Shown here: in pieces, positions 1-8,025 of the stretch | Layout: every line of letters starts with the position of its first letter | Numbering within the stretch: the stretch's first letter is position 1 | Source of the DNA: Thermoanaerobaculia bacterium | GTDB lineage: Bacteria; Acidobacteriota; Thermoanaerobaculia; Multivoradales; UBA5704 | Direction: 5' to 3' | NCBI GenBank assembly: GCA_044868005.1 | Contig: JBIOVX010000237.1 | Span: 3,852-67,851 of the forward strand | Length of the DNA: 64,000 nucleotides | Notes under the pieces: model-generated | Seen by the model: the letters and a program-made list of their open reading frames with translations, nothing else | What the model was told of the DNA's origin: nothing | Databases searched by the model: none | Translations under genes and position numbers: made by a program

Positions 1-944
1 ACGTAGTCGCTTGCCACGAGCTGGAGGAAGGACAGAGGATGCGCCATCGCGTCGCGGATCTGCCCGGCGGGATCCGTCGCGACCTCGAAACGGATGGTGC
101 CGACGGCACGCGAGACCGCCACGGCCCAGGCCGTGACGGCCAGCGAGACGGCGGCGTGGAGAAGCAGGAACGCCGCGCGCCTTCCTCGCGGAAAGCGGCT
201 CGCCGGGATCAGCACGGGCAGAAACGCCAGAGGGAAGTACACGGCCTTGGAGGCGCACAGCAAGACCGCGCTCGCCGTCAGCAGAACGAGATCGCTTTTC
301 TTGACGGCTGAGTCCTCGCCCCAGGCCAGCCGGGCAACGCCGGCGGCGAGGAGGAACGCCGCGCCGGTGGAGGCCACGTCCGCCGAGGCCGAAGCGCGTA
401 GGAAGACGGCGATCGGAGTCAGCGCCACCATGACGGCAAACCACTGAAAAGCCGGCAGCCGGCGGACGGCGAAGACGACCATCAGGGTTCCTGCGATCAG
501 ATTGGCCAGGCGGGCCAGGTAGAGCAGGACGAGCGGCGGCGCGCCGAAGACGCGCCCCAGCGCGATCCCCAGCGCCTGCGGCAGGTAGGGCAAGAACGGA
601 TACTGCATGCTGTTGCCGAACCACACCAGGCTTCGCCGTTCCGGCTCCAGGGGCACTCGCAACGCCGCCAGGATCTGCCGCGGCGCGACCTTCTTCTCCT
701 CGTGAAAGGGTATGTCGTCCCGCAGCGTCTCGGCGACCGCCTGGACGCTGAGCGGAAGATCGGCTCCTGAACGCCCGGGCTTCGGGATCAGGTCCAACTG
801 CCCTTCGCTCACCCGGTAGGCGCGGTAGAAGTGGGCCGGCTCGTCGGGGACCTGGAAGGGCGGCGTGACGGCGGTCAGTCCGACGCCGTAGACCAATCCC
901 GCCGCCAGCAGCCAACGGCTGGGCCGCAATAACAGGCCGCGCAT
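1..944 (-). CDS. Polytopic membrane protein, DUF2142-like; 3' end lies outside the window
   Basis: Absent from the ORF track because no stop codon falls in the window. Reverse-strand ATG at 944..942 opens MRGLLLRPSRWLLAAGLVYGVGLTAVTPPFQVPDEPAHFYRAYRVSEGQLDL. The frame continues uninterrupted and mostly hydrophobic to position 1. I associate the PDEPAHFYRAY stretch after the first helix with DUF2142 membrane proteins (from memory). Plus-strand ORFs 39..311 and 94..447 are its shadows. Confidence 0.55.
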   Translation of the reverse strand, partial: MRGLLLRPSRWLLAAGLVYGVGLTAVTPPFQVPDEPAHFYRAYRVSEGQLDLIPKPGRSGADLPLSVQAVAETLRDDIPFHEEKKVAPRQILAALRVPLEPERRSLVWFGNSMQYPFLPYLPQALGIALGRVFGAPPLVLLYLARLANLIAGTLMVVFAVRRLPAFQWFAVMVALTPIAVFLRASASADVASTGAAFLLAAGVARLAWGEDSAVKKSDLVLLTASAVLLCASKAVYFPLAFLPVLIPASRFPRGRRAAFLLLHAAVSLAVTAWAVAVSRAVGTIRFEVATDPAGQIRDAMAHPLSFLQLVASDY

Positions 945-969
945 GGTGCGCGGATTGTTTCACAAGGGC

Positions 970-1533
970 CTACGCCGGCGGCTCTTCGTGGAGCCGGAGC
1001 TTGCGGTAGCCCCGATTCCAGTAGATGAGCGGCGGTGCCTCCTCCGCCGGCACGCGGCTCGCGTGTACCTCACCCACGTAGATGGTGTGGGAACCGGCCG
1101 GATAGCGGGCGTGGATGCGGCAGTCGAGCCAGGCGAGAGCGTCGACGAGGACCGGAGCCCCAGTCACGCCCGTGGACCAATCGCCGAGGGCGAAACGGTC
1201 CTCGTCCTTCACCCAGGCGAAGCGGTTGGAGAGCTCCGACTGCTCTTCCCCCAGGATGTTCACCGCGAAGACCGCATCCGGCTCCTGCAACATCGAGAAA
1301 GCCTTGTGGCGGTTCTCGATGATGACCATGATCAACGGCGGCTCGGCCGATACCGAGGCGAACGCCGAGACCGTGAGACCATGGGTCCGCTCGCCCGTCC
1401 GGATGGTGACGATGGTCACCCCGGCGGGGAAGTGGCGCAGCGCTTTTCGGAACTCCTCAGATGAGATCAAGGGACTCTCCTCAACCAGAACCTCTTCGGA
1501 TACACGCGATTCTCCCACAACCATAGTCTCCAT
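970..1533 (-). CDS. Flavin reductase-like FMN-binding protein
   Basis: ORF 970..1695 (-). The last 187 aa look like the flavin reductase split-barrel family (FRKALRHFPAGVTIVT, GLTVSAFASVS, PPLIMVIIENRHKAF, YPAGSHTIYVGEV). Start trimmed to ATG 1533 (METMVV), which has GGAGGA just upstream. Alternative ATGs at 1554 and 1572. Confidence 0.8.
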   Translation of the reverse strand: METMVVGESRVSEEVLVEESPLISSEEFRKALRHFPAGVTIVTIRTGERTHGLTVSAFASVSAEPPLIMVIIENRHKAFSMLQEPDAVFAVNILGEEQSELSNRFAWVKDEDRFALGDWSTGVTGAPVLVDALAWLDCRIHARYPAGSHTIYVGEVHASRVPAEEAPPLIYWNRGYRKLRLHEEPPA

Positions 1534-1800
1534 AAATCCTCCAATCAATGGCATTTGTCTTGCAGAATCCATAGTGCCGGCCGCGGTCTCAATGAGGACA
1601 ACGGGCCGCATTTTTCGGGAGAAATCGAATATGGGCAAGCTCAAGACCAACGTCAAAGGAGTGCTGAACCAGCGCGTGCGCTTCGGCCTGTTCACCGTTC
1701 CCCTGTGGGTGGTCGGCGCGGTGTTCCTGGCGCGCTGGGTCCGCGACCGCCGCCGCTACGGCCACGCGTGATCCTCCTCACCCCTGATCCCTCCTGAAGT

Positions 1801-1857
1801 AGGGGCGGGGCTTCTCCCCGCCCTGAAACGCTGGGGGCGGGGACAAGCCCCGCCCCT
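1801..1857. repeat. Pair of GC-rich REP-like hairpins in inverted orientation
   Basis: AGGGGCGGGGcttctCCCCGCCCT (1801..1824) and GGGGGCGGGGacaaGCCCCGCCCCT (1833..1857). The reverse complement of the second is almost identical to the first. Intergenic, upstream of the 1951 gene. Confidence 0.75.
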
Positions 1858-1950
1858 ACGAAAACGCCCGTCGGGTCCTCCCTTTACTGCAAACCGGCAT
1901 CCATCTAAGCTACGGTCCAGTTTCGTACCTGCTGGGGGAGGCCAAACCGG

Positions 1951-3339
1951 ATGGCGCTGGGGAGATGTCGGGAGAGGTGCTGTGTCCTGCTGCTGCTCGG
2001 AGCCGGGCTGTGGAGCTCCGCCGTCCATGCCGGCCAGGCGCAGGAAGAAGCAGCGGCGGAGGAAGAGGCCCCGTCGGCCTCAAGTCCGAAGCTGGAATTC
2101 GGCCTGGAGGCGAAGGCCAACTTCCGCCACAGCGAGGACAACCGCTTCCCGGTGAGCCTCCCGCCGCAGTTCCTGCCGCCCGGCCAGCCGGTGGTCTTCG
2201 AAGAAACGGTCAGTGCCGGCTCGCATTTCGAGCTCTCCAACGTCACCCTGTTCGTGGACGCGGCCTGGGGCGACGGCCTCGCCGCCCATGGCAAGGTGGA
2301 TTTCATCGATCTCTACGACCGCAACCCCACGTCGACGGACAAGAAGGTGGACGTGGACGAGGCCTGGATCCGCTTCGGCGTCGAGCCCGAGCCCGCGGTC
2401 CTGGCGACGCGCAGCGGCGTGTACCTCAAGGTCGGCAAGTTCCCGAAGTTCGAGCGCCAGGACGACCGCCACCTGGAGAGCTACGGCCTCGTCTCCACCG
2501 CGTTCAACCGCTTCGAGGACGCCGGCGCCGAGCTCGGGATCAACCTCGGCCGGCATTTCTATCTGAAGGCCTCGGCCACCCAGGGGAATCCGGTCTTCAT
2601 CCGCGATCCGAACGCGCTGGCCGGCGACAACGGCACGCCCGAGCGGCAGCAACAGCCGACCAAGCCGAACACCGCGTTCCAGAGCGGCATCGTCATTCTC
2701 TACGACGCCGAGATCGAGGACGTCGATGTGGATGGCGAGCTGGAGACGGGCGCCGGCGTCGGCTTCCGCCTCGCCGACGAGGAGGGCCGGAACGGCCTCG
2801 ACGTGCTGGCCTGGGGCTACCGGCGGAAGTTGGCGGAGACGGTGGATCTGGAGGGCACCTTCTACGGCGGCGACATCGACGTGCTCAACGGGCCCTTCGA
2901 CGTAGATCCGGCTTTGCCTATCAAGGACGACGACAAACAGGAGGCCGGCGCCAACGTCTGGCTCTACTGGGGAGGCTTCTCCTTCTTCGGGCAGTACGTG
3001 GATCAGGAGCTGGCCGGCCTGCCGCGCACCGGCATCGAAGGGGAGGTCGCCTGGCGCTTCGAGCTGCCGCTCGTCTGGGCGGTGGGCGACCGGCAGCTCT
3101 TCACTTCGGTCGCGCCGGCGGTGCGCTACTCGAAGCTCGACAACGACTTCCGCAACCAGCGTCCGACGTCGGCCCCCAGCCTGGCCTGGGACTGGGAGAA
3201 GATCGACGCCGGCCTGCGCATCGGCGTCTTCTCCGGCGTCGACCTCACCGTCGAATACGCGGACAACCGCTTCATCCTCGGCTCCGGAGCGAAGCGGGAG
3301 AACAACGAGTTTCTGGCGACTTTGCGGTGGAAGATCTAG
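1951..3339 (+). CDS. Putative outer-membrane beta-barrel (porin-like) protein
   Basis: ORF 1951..3339. Signal-peptide-like N-terminus (CCVLLLLGAGLWSSAVHAGQA). Alternating amphipathic strand-like pattern with frequent G/D/N turns and an aromatic C-terminal strand (FLATLRWKI). Family not recognised. Confidence 0.6.
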   Translation: MALGRCRERCCVLLLLGAGLWSSAVHAGQAQEEAAAEEEAPSASSPKLEFGLEAKANFRHSEDNRFPVSLPPQFLPPGQPVVFEETVSAGSHFELSNVTLFVDAAWGDGLAAHGKVDFIDLYDRNPTSTDKKVDVDEAWIRFGVEPEPAVLATRSGVYLKVGKFPKFERQDDRHLESYGLVSTAFNRFEDAGAELGINLGRHFYLKASATQGNPVFIRDPNALAGDNGTPERQQQPTKPNTAFQSGIVILYDAEIEDVDVDGELETGAGVGFRLADEEGRNGLDVLAWGYRRKLAETVDLEGTFYGGDIDVLNGPFDVDPALPIKDDDKQEAGANVWLYWGGFSFFGQYVDQELAGLPRTGIEGEVAWRFELPLVWAVGDRQLFTSVAPAVRYSKLDNDFRNQRPTSAPSLAWDWEKIDAGLRIGVFSGVDLTVEYADNRFILGSGAKRENNEFLATLRWKI

Positions 3340-3340
3340 G

Positions 3341-4204
3341 ATGCTATACGCCGCTTCGATCTTCCTCTCTCTGCGGACCGCCTCGGCTCCGAAGCCCTCA
3401 CCTCCCCTACCCCTCCTCTCCCAGAGGGAGAGGAGGGAGAAAAAAAGAATCTGCCGATTTCCGTCTTTTTTCCCCTCTCTCCCTGTGGGAGAGAGGGGCC
3501 AGGGGAGTGAGGGCTTCGCAGGGCAAACCGTTCTGATCGCCCTCTTCCTCCTCCTCCCCCTCTCCGCCCACGCCGAGGAGATCCGGGGCCGGGTTCAGCT
3601 CCTCGCCCGCGGCGGCCAGGGGCCGGCGCGGGGAAGCGACGTGCGTCAGGCGGTGGTGTACTTCGAGCCCGCGGGCGCGCCGCCGGTGCGGCCGGCCGAG
3701 ACCGCGTTCGAGATGGTCACCCGGCGCAAGACCTTCGAGCCGCGGCTGCTGGTCATCCCGCGCGGCAGCCGGGTGCGTTTTCCGAACGCCGATCCCATCC
3801 TGCACAACGCTTTTTCGGTCTCCTCGCCCAACCAGTTCGACCTCGGCCTCGGCCGGCAGGGGCCGGGCAAGGAGAAGCGCTTCGAGGAGCCGGGCCTGGT
3901 GCGCGTCTTCTGTAACGTGCATCACGACATGGTCGCCTACATCCTGGTGCTGAACACGCCGTATCACGTCTCGCCGGAGGCGAGCGGCGAGTTCGTTCTC
4001 AAGGGGTTGCCGCGCGGGCCGGGGAAGCTGACCGTGTGGCACGAGCAGGCGGACCCTTGGATCGCCGACGTCACGCTGCCGCAGAAGGTGCCGGGACCGC
4101 TCCTGGCCCGCGTCGAGATCGTTCGGCCGCTGATCCCGAGCCATCTCAACAAACTCGGACAGTCCTACTTCCGCTCCCAACGTGACCGCTACAACAACCG
4201 CTGA
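3341..4204 (+). CDS. Periplasmic cupredoxin-fold protein (MauL-like)
   Basis: ORF 3341..4204. The mature part (FEPRLLVIPRGSRVRFPNADPILHNAFS, VRVFCNVHHDMVAYILV) resembles the 'methylamine utilisation MauL-like' plastocyanin-fold proteins. The first ~48 codons are read through the palindromic repeat. The real start is therefore more likely the in-frame GTG at 3485, just before the signal peptide VLIALFLLLPLSAHA. Confidence 0.6.
   Translation: MLYAASIFLSLRTASAPKPSPPLPLLSQRERREKKRICRFPSFFPSLPVGERGQGSEGFAGQTVLIALFLLLPLSAHAEEIRGRVQLLARGGQGPARGSDVRQAVVYFEPAGAPPVRPAETAFEMVTRRKTFEPRLLVIPRGSRVRFPNADPILHNAFSVSSPNQFDLGLGRQGPGKEKRFEEPGLVRVFCNVHHDMVAYILVLNTPYHVSPEASGEFVLKGLPRGPGKLTVWHEQADPWIADVTLPQKVPGPLLARVEIVRPLIPSHLNKLGQSYFRSQRDRYNNR
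3391..3517. repeat. Composite ~127-bp nested palindrome (two REP-like hairpins plus outer inverted arms)
   Basis: Outer arms are GAAGCCCTCACCTCCCCT (3391..3408) and AGGGGAGTGAGGGCTTC (3501..3517). Inner hairpins are CCCTCCTCTCCCagaGGGAGAGGAGGG (3411..3437) and CCCCTCTCTCCCtgtGGGAGAGAGGGG (3472..3498). The centre is AGAAAAAAAGA...TCTTTTTT. The left half and the reverse complement of the right half align along their whole length. Confidence 0.8.
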
Positions 4205-6800
4205 CCGCCGCCGGACCGGCCTGTCGCTGGAGACCCGGATCTTCCTGGTCACCTCGCTGCTCATCGCGCTCCTGGTGGGCAGCGCGGTCGCGGTCACCTA
4301 CGTGCTGCTGCGGCGCATCGCCCGCGAGGCCGCAGCCGACTCCCTGCGGAGCAGCGCCGCGGTGCAGTCCACCTACGAGAAGGAGCGGTACGACCGGTTG
4401 AAGCTGATCTCCGGCCTCTACGTGTCCGATCCGGCCCTCGTCGCGTACCTGGCGGAGGCCGTCGGCACGCGGGATGCGCCGTCGCTGCTCTCCGAGCTCT
4501 CCGACGCCCAGAAGAGGTTGGGCTTCGACTTCGCCATCCTGCTGGATCCCCAGGGCCGCGTGGCGGCGCGCACCGATCACCCCAATGCGGTCGGCGAGGA
4601 CCTCTCGCGGCGTCCTCTCGTCGCCAAGGCGCTGGCGGATTTCGAAGCGAGCGGCGTCTGGCGCGAGGGCAAGCGCCTGTACTATGCGGTCGCCGTGCCG
4701 GTCCAGCAGCAGTTCACCGTCTACGGCTTCCTCATGACCGGCTTCGCTATCACCGACGTCTCCGCGCTGGAGGTGAACCGGGTGAGCGGCGCCGACGTCG
4801 CTTTCGTCGGCGCCGGCGAGCAAGGGCCGGAGATCATGGCGACGACGCTGCCGGCGCAGACGGCCCGCAGCCTGATGGCGGCGCTCTCGGCGAACAGCCG
4901 CGGCATGGGCGACGCCATGCGCGCCGGCAGGGCGATGTCCCAAACGGAGCTCGAGCTCGGGGGGCAGCCCTGGCTCGCTCAGGAATCTCCGCTGCTCGAC
5001 GCGCAGAGCAAGCCGATGGGCGCGACGGTGACGCTGGCTTCGCTCGAGCGCGAGCTCGCCGCCTACCGGCAGATCCAGAACGTGCTGCTCGGCGCCGGCC
5101 TCGCCGCCGTGCTCATCGCGCCGTTCCTCGCCTATGCCTTCGCCCGCCGCGCCATGCGTCCGGTGCGCCGGTTGGTCACCGCCGCCGAGGCGGCGCGGCA
5201 GGGGAATTACGACCAGCAGATCGACTCCGACCGCACGGACGAGGTGGGCCGCCTCGCCCATTCCTTCCACGACCTGCTGGCCGACCTGCGCGAGAAGCGC
5301 GACATGGAGGAGTACGTCACCGAGCTGTCGCGCAACCTGCCGGAGCCCGTGCAGGCGCGCGCCGTGCTGGGGAACGCGCAGAGCCGCGAGGTGCTGCTGC
5401 TCGGCATCGAGCTGCGCCGATACGCCCGCGCCGGCGCCAACGGCGACGCCGGCGAGACGCTGGCGCGGCTGGCGTCCGATCTCGACCGCGTGACCTCGGC
5501 CGTGGCGCGCGGCCGGGGCCTGGTGGAGGGGGTTACGGGCCACCGCGTGCTGGCCCGGTTCGAGGGGGAGGGGAGGGGTTACCGCGCGCTGACGGTTGCC
5601 GCCGGAGTGCTGCAGGCGGAGGGCGGCGAGGCCGGCGGCGGCGACGAGCCGGTGGCGGCGATGGCGGCCGGCAAGGCGATCACCGGTCCGGTCACCTGGG
5701 GAGAGCGCGCCGAGCGGGCCGTCGTGGGCCTGCCCGTGCAGCAGCTCGAGAGCCTGCTGCGCGAGGCCACGCCGGGCGAGCTGCTGCTCTCGCGCGAGGT
5801 GCACGACGAGCTGAAGGACGCCTTCGAGCAGGCCGGCTACCGGCTGGCCCCGCGGCGCGGCATCGTCACGCCGCAGCCGCTCTTCGTCGTCAGCTCGGCC
5901 ATGGCGTCTCGCCTCACCAGCGAGCGCGGCGTCGGCGCCACGGTGGCGCCCGCGGAGCGCACGACGCTCTCCGGCATCGCGCCTGGCGCCCTGCTCGGCC
6001 AGCGCTTCGAGGTCCTCTCCGTCCTCGGCGCCGGCGGCATGGGGATCGTCTACAAGGCGCGGGACCGCGAGCTCGACGACCTGGTCGCCTTGAAGATGCT
6101 GAAGCGCGAGCTGTGGGGCGACACCAGCCAGCTCGACCGGCTGAAGAGCGAGCTCAAGCTGGCGCGCAAGATCACGCATCCCAACGTGCTGCGCACCTAC
6201 GACTTCGGCGACATCGACGGCGTCCCCTACATCTCCATGGAGTACGTGCGGGGAGTGACCCTGCGCTACATGCTCGACCAGACGCGCCGGCTCCCTTACT
6301 CGGCCGGCCTGCGCCTGGCGAAGCAGCTCTGCGCCGGCTTGGGCGCCGCTCACTCGGTGGGCGTGCTCCACCGCGACATCAAGCCGGAGAACCTCATCCT
6401 CGAGCCCACCGGCAACGCCAAGCTGATGGACTTCGGCATCGCGCGGCCCATCGACCGGCTCGCCCCGGGGCAGACCCAGGCCGGCTTCGTGGTGGGCACG
6501 CCGCAGTACCTGCCGCCGGAGATCCTGCAGGGGAAGGACGCCGATCCCCGCTCCGACCTCTACTCCTGCGGCATCGTGCTCTACGAGATCTTCACCGGCG
6601 TGCTGCCGTTCGAGGGACCCACGGCCATGGACGTCATGGTGAAGCACCTGCGGGAGGAGCCGCCGCCGCCGAGCGCGCGCTGGCCCGAGATCCCGCCGGC
6701 GCTGGAGAAGGCCATCCTGCGCTGTCTGGAGAAAGATCCCGAGCGGCGCTACCGCTCGGTGGCGGAGCTGTCGCACGAGCTGGAAGAATTGAGCGCCTGA
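4182..6800 (+). CDS. Transmembrane sensor Ser/Thr protein kinase with HAMP and degenerate cyclase-homology domain
   Basis: ORF 4182..6800. TM (aa ~20-44), ~250-aa extracytoplasmic region, TM (aa ~300-320) and a HAMP-like segment (RPVRRLVTAAEAARQGNYDQ...GRLAHSFHDLLADL). A degenerate class III cyclase-like domain follows (aa ~402-550). The C-terminus is a Hanks kinase (GAGGMGIVYKA, HRDIKPENLIL, DFGIARP, GTPQYLPPE). Confidence 0.85.
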   Translation: MTATTTADRRRTGLSLETRIFLVTSLLIALLVGSAVAVTYVLLRRIAREAAADSLRSSAAVQSTYEKERYDRLKLISGLYVSDPALVAYLAEAVGTRDAPSLLSELSDAQKRLGFDFAILLDPQGRVAARTDHPNAVGEDLSRRPLVAKALADFEASGVWREGKRLYYAVAVPVQQQFTVYGFLMTGFAITDVSALEVNRVSGADVAFVGAGEQGPEIMATTLPAQTARSLMAALSANSRGMGDAMRAGRAMSQTELELGGQPWLAQESPLLDAQSKPMGATVTLASLERELAAYRQIQNVLLGAGLAAVLIAPFLAYAFARRAMRPVRRLVTAAEAARQGNYDQQIDSDRTDEVGRLAHSFHDLLADLREKRDMEEYVTELSRNLPEPVQARAVLGNAQSREVLLLGIELRRYARAGANGDAGETLARLASDLDRVTSAVARGRGLVEGVTGHRVLARFEGEGRGYRALTVAAGVLQAEGGEAGGGDEPVAAMAAGKAITGPVTWGERAERAVVGLPVQQLESLLREATPGELLLSREVHDELKDAFEQAGYRLAPRRGIVTPQPLFVVSSAMASRLTSERGVGATVAPAERTTLSGIAPGALLGQRFEVLSVLGAGGMGIVYKARDRELDDLVALKMLKRELWGDTSQLDRLKSELKLARKITHPNVLRTYDFGDIDGVPYISMEYVRGVTLRYMLDQTRRLPYSAGLRLAKQLCAGLGAAHSVGVLHRDIKPENLILEPTGNAKLMDFGIARPIDRLAPGQTQAGFVVGTPQYLPPEILQGKDADPRSDLYSCGIVLYEIFTGVLPFEGPTAMDVMVKHLREEPPPPSARWPEIPPALEKAILRCLEKDPERRYRSVAELSHELEELSA

Positions 6801-6825
6801 CCGGACCTGACCCATAGGAGGCAGG

Positions 6826-7995
6826 ATGATCGCTTCCCAGGCTGAAGCCCCGGAGCCGTTCGAGCCCGACCGCAGGCTCGCCGAATACGAGATGCTGCTC
6901 GAGATCGGCGTCAAGCTCGCCGGCACTCTCGATCTCCAACGGGTGCTGCAACTGGCTCTCGAGCACGCCGAGCAGGTCTGCCGGGCCGAGACCAGCTCGA
7001 TCTGGGAGCTCGACGAAGAGCGGCGGGAGCTCTTCTTCCGCGTCGTGCGCGGACACGCGGCGGGAGCCATCCGCGGTCTGCGGGTGCCGGTGGGCGAGGG
7101 GATCGTCGGCAGCGTCGCCGAGTCCGGCGAGGCCGCGGCGGTCAACGACGTGACCGCCGATCCGCGCTGGCACGGCGATCCCAAGGGAGCTTTCCAGACG
7201 CGGGCGATCCTCGCCGTGCCCCTGCTCGCCCGCGGCGCCGTCATCGGCGTCGTGCAGCTCCTGAACCCGGTGGACCGCGACCACTTCACGGCGGGCGACG
7301 TCTGGCGCATGCGCCAGTTCGCCGCCATCCTCGCGCCGACGCTGCAGAACGCCCGCCTCTACGCGGCGCAGCGCCGGCAGTTCTTCAACATGGTGACGGC
7401 GCTGGCGGAGACGCTGGAGAAGCGCGATCCCTATACCGGCGGCCACGTCCGCCGCGTCGTCGGCTACTCGTTGCTGCTCGGCGCCGAGATGGGGCTCGGC
7501 CGCGAGGACCTGCGCGAGCTGCGCCTCGCCGCCACGCTGCACGACATCGGCAAGATCACGACGCCGGACCGCATCCTCGGCAAGCCCTCGCCCCTCGATC
7601 CCGACGAGGCGGAGATCATGCGCCGGCACGCGGCGGACGGCGCTTCCATCGCCAGCCACCTCGCCAACCCGTGGGTGCTGCACGGCGTGCGCAGCCATCA
7701 CGAAAGGGTGGACGGCAAGGGATATCCGGACGGTCTGAAGGACGCCGACATCCCGCTCGCGCCGCGCATCATCGCCGTGGCGGACACCTACGACGCCATC
7801 ACCACCAGCCGTCCCTACCGCGCCGGCCTGCCGCCGCAGCGCGCCGCCGCCGAGATCTTCGCCGGCGCCGGCAGCCAATTCTGCCCGCAGGTCGTGGCGG
7901 CCTTCCGCAAGCTGTTCGAGGACGGCCGGTTCCGGCTGGAGACTGCCGATGATCTGCTGTTGTCGGGCGAGGTGCAGGTGTTGGGGACGGCGTGA
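6826..7995 (+). CDS. GAF domain / HD-GYP phosphodiesterase
   Basis: ORF 6826..7995 with AGGAGG upstream. N-terminal GAF-like domain and C-terminal HD-GYP signature (ATLHDIGKI, HHERVDGKGYPDGL). Confidence 0.9.
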   Translation: MIASQAEAPEPFEPDRRLAEYEMLLEIGVKLAGTLDLQRVLQLALEHAEQVCRAETSSIWELDEERRELFFRVVRGHAAGAIRGLRVPVGEGIVGSVAESGEAAAVNDVTADPRWHGDPKGAFQTRAILAVPLLARGAVIGVVQLLNPVDRDHFTAGDVWRMRQFAAILAPTLQNARLYAAQRRQFFNMVTALAETLEKRDPYTGGHVRRVVGYSLLLGAEMGLGREDLRELRLAATLHDIGKITTPDRILGKPSPLDPDEAEIMRRHAADGASIASHLANPWVLHGVRSHHERVDGKGYPDGLKDADIPLAPRIIAVADTYDAITTSRPYRAGLPPQRAAAEIFAGAGSQFCPQVVAAFRKLFEDGRFRLETADDLLLSGEVQVLGTA

Positions 7996-8025
7996 GGACT
8001 GTACTCATTGGCGCGCTACCGAAGG

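Noticed and set aside
4146-7328. 1060-aa reverse-strand ORF covering the Ser/Thr kinase and part of the HD-GYP gene
   Set aside because: It is antisense to two genes with strong family motifs. The translation is Arg/Ala/Gly/Pro-rich low complexity with no recognisable domain. This is a typical stop-codon-poor shadow frame in ~75% GC DNA.
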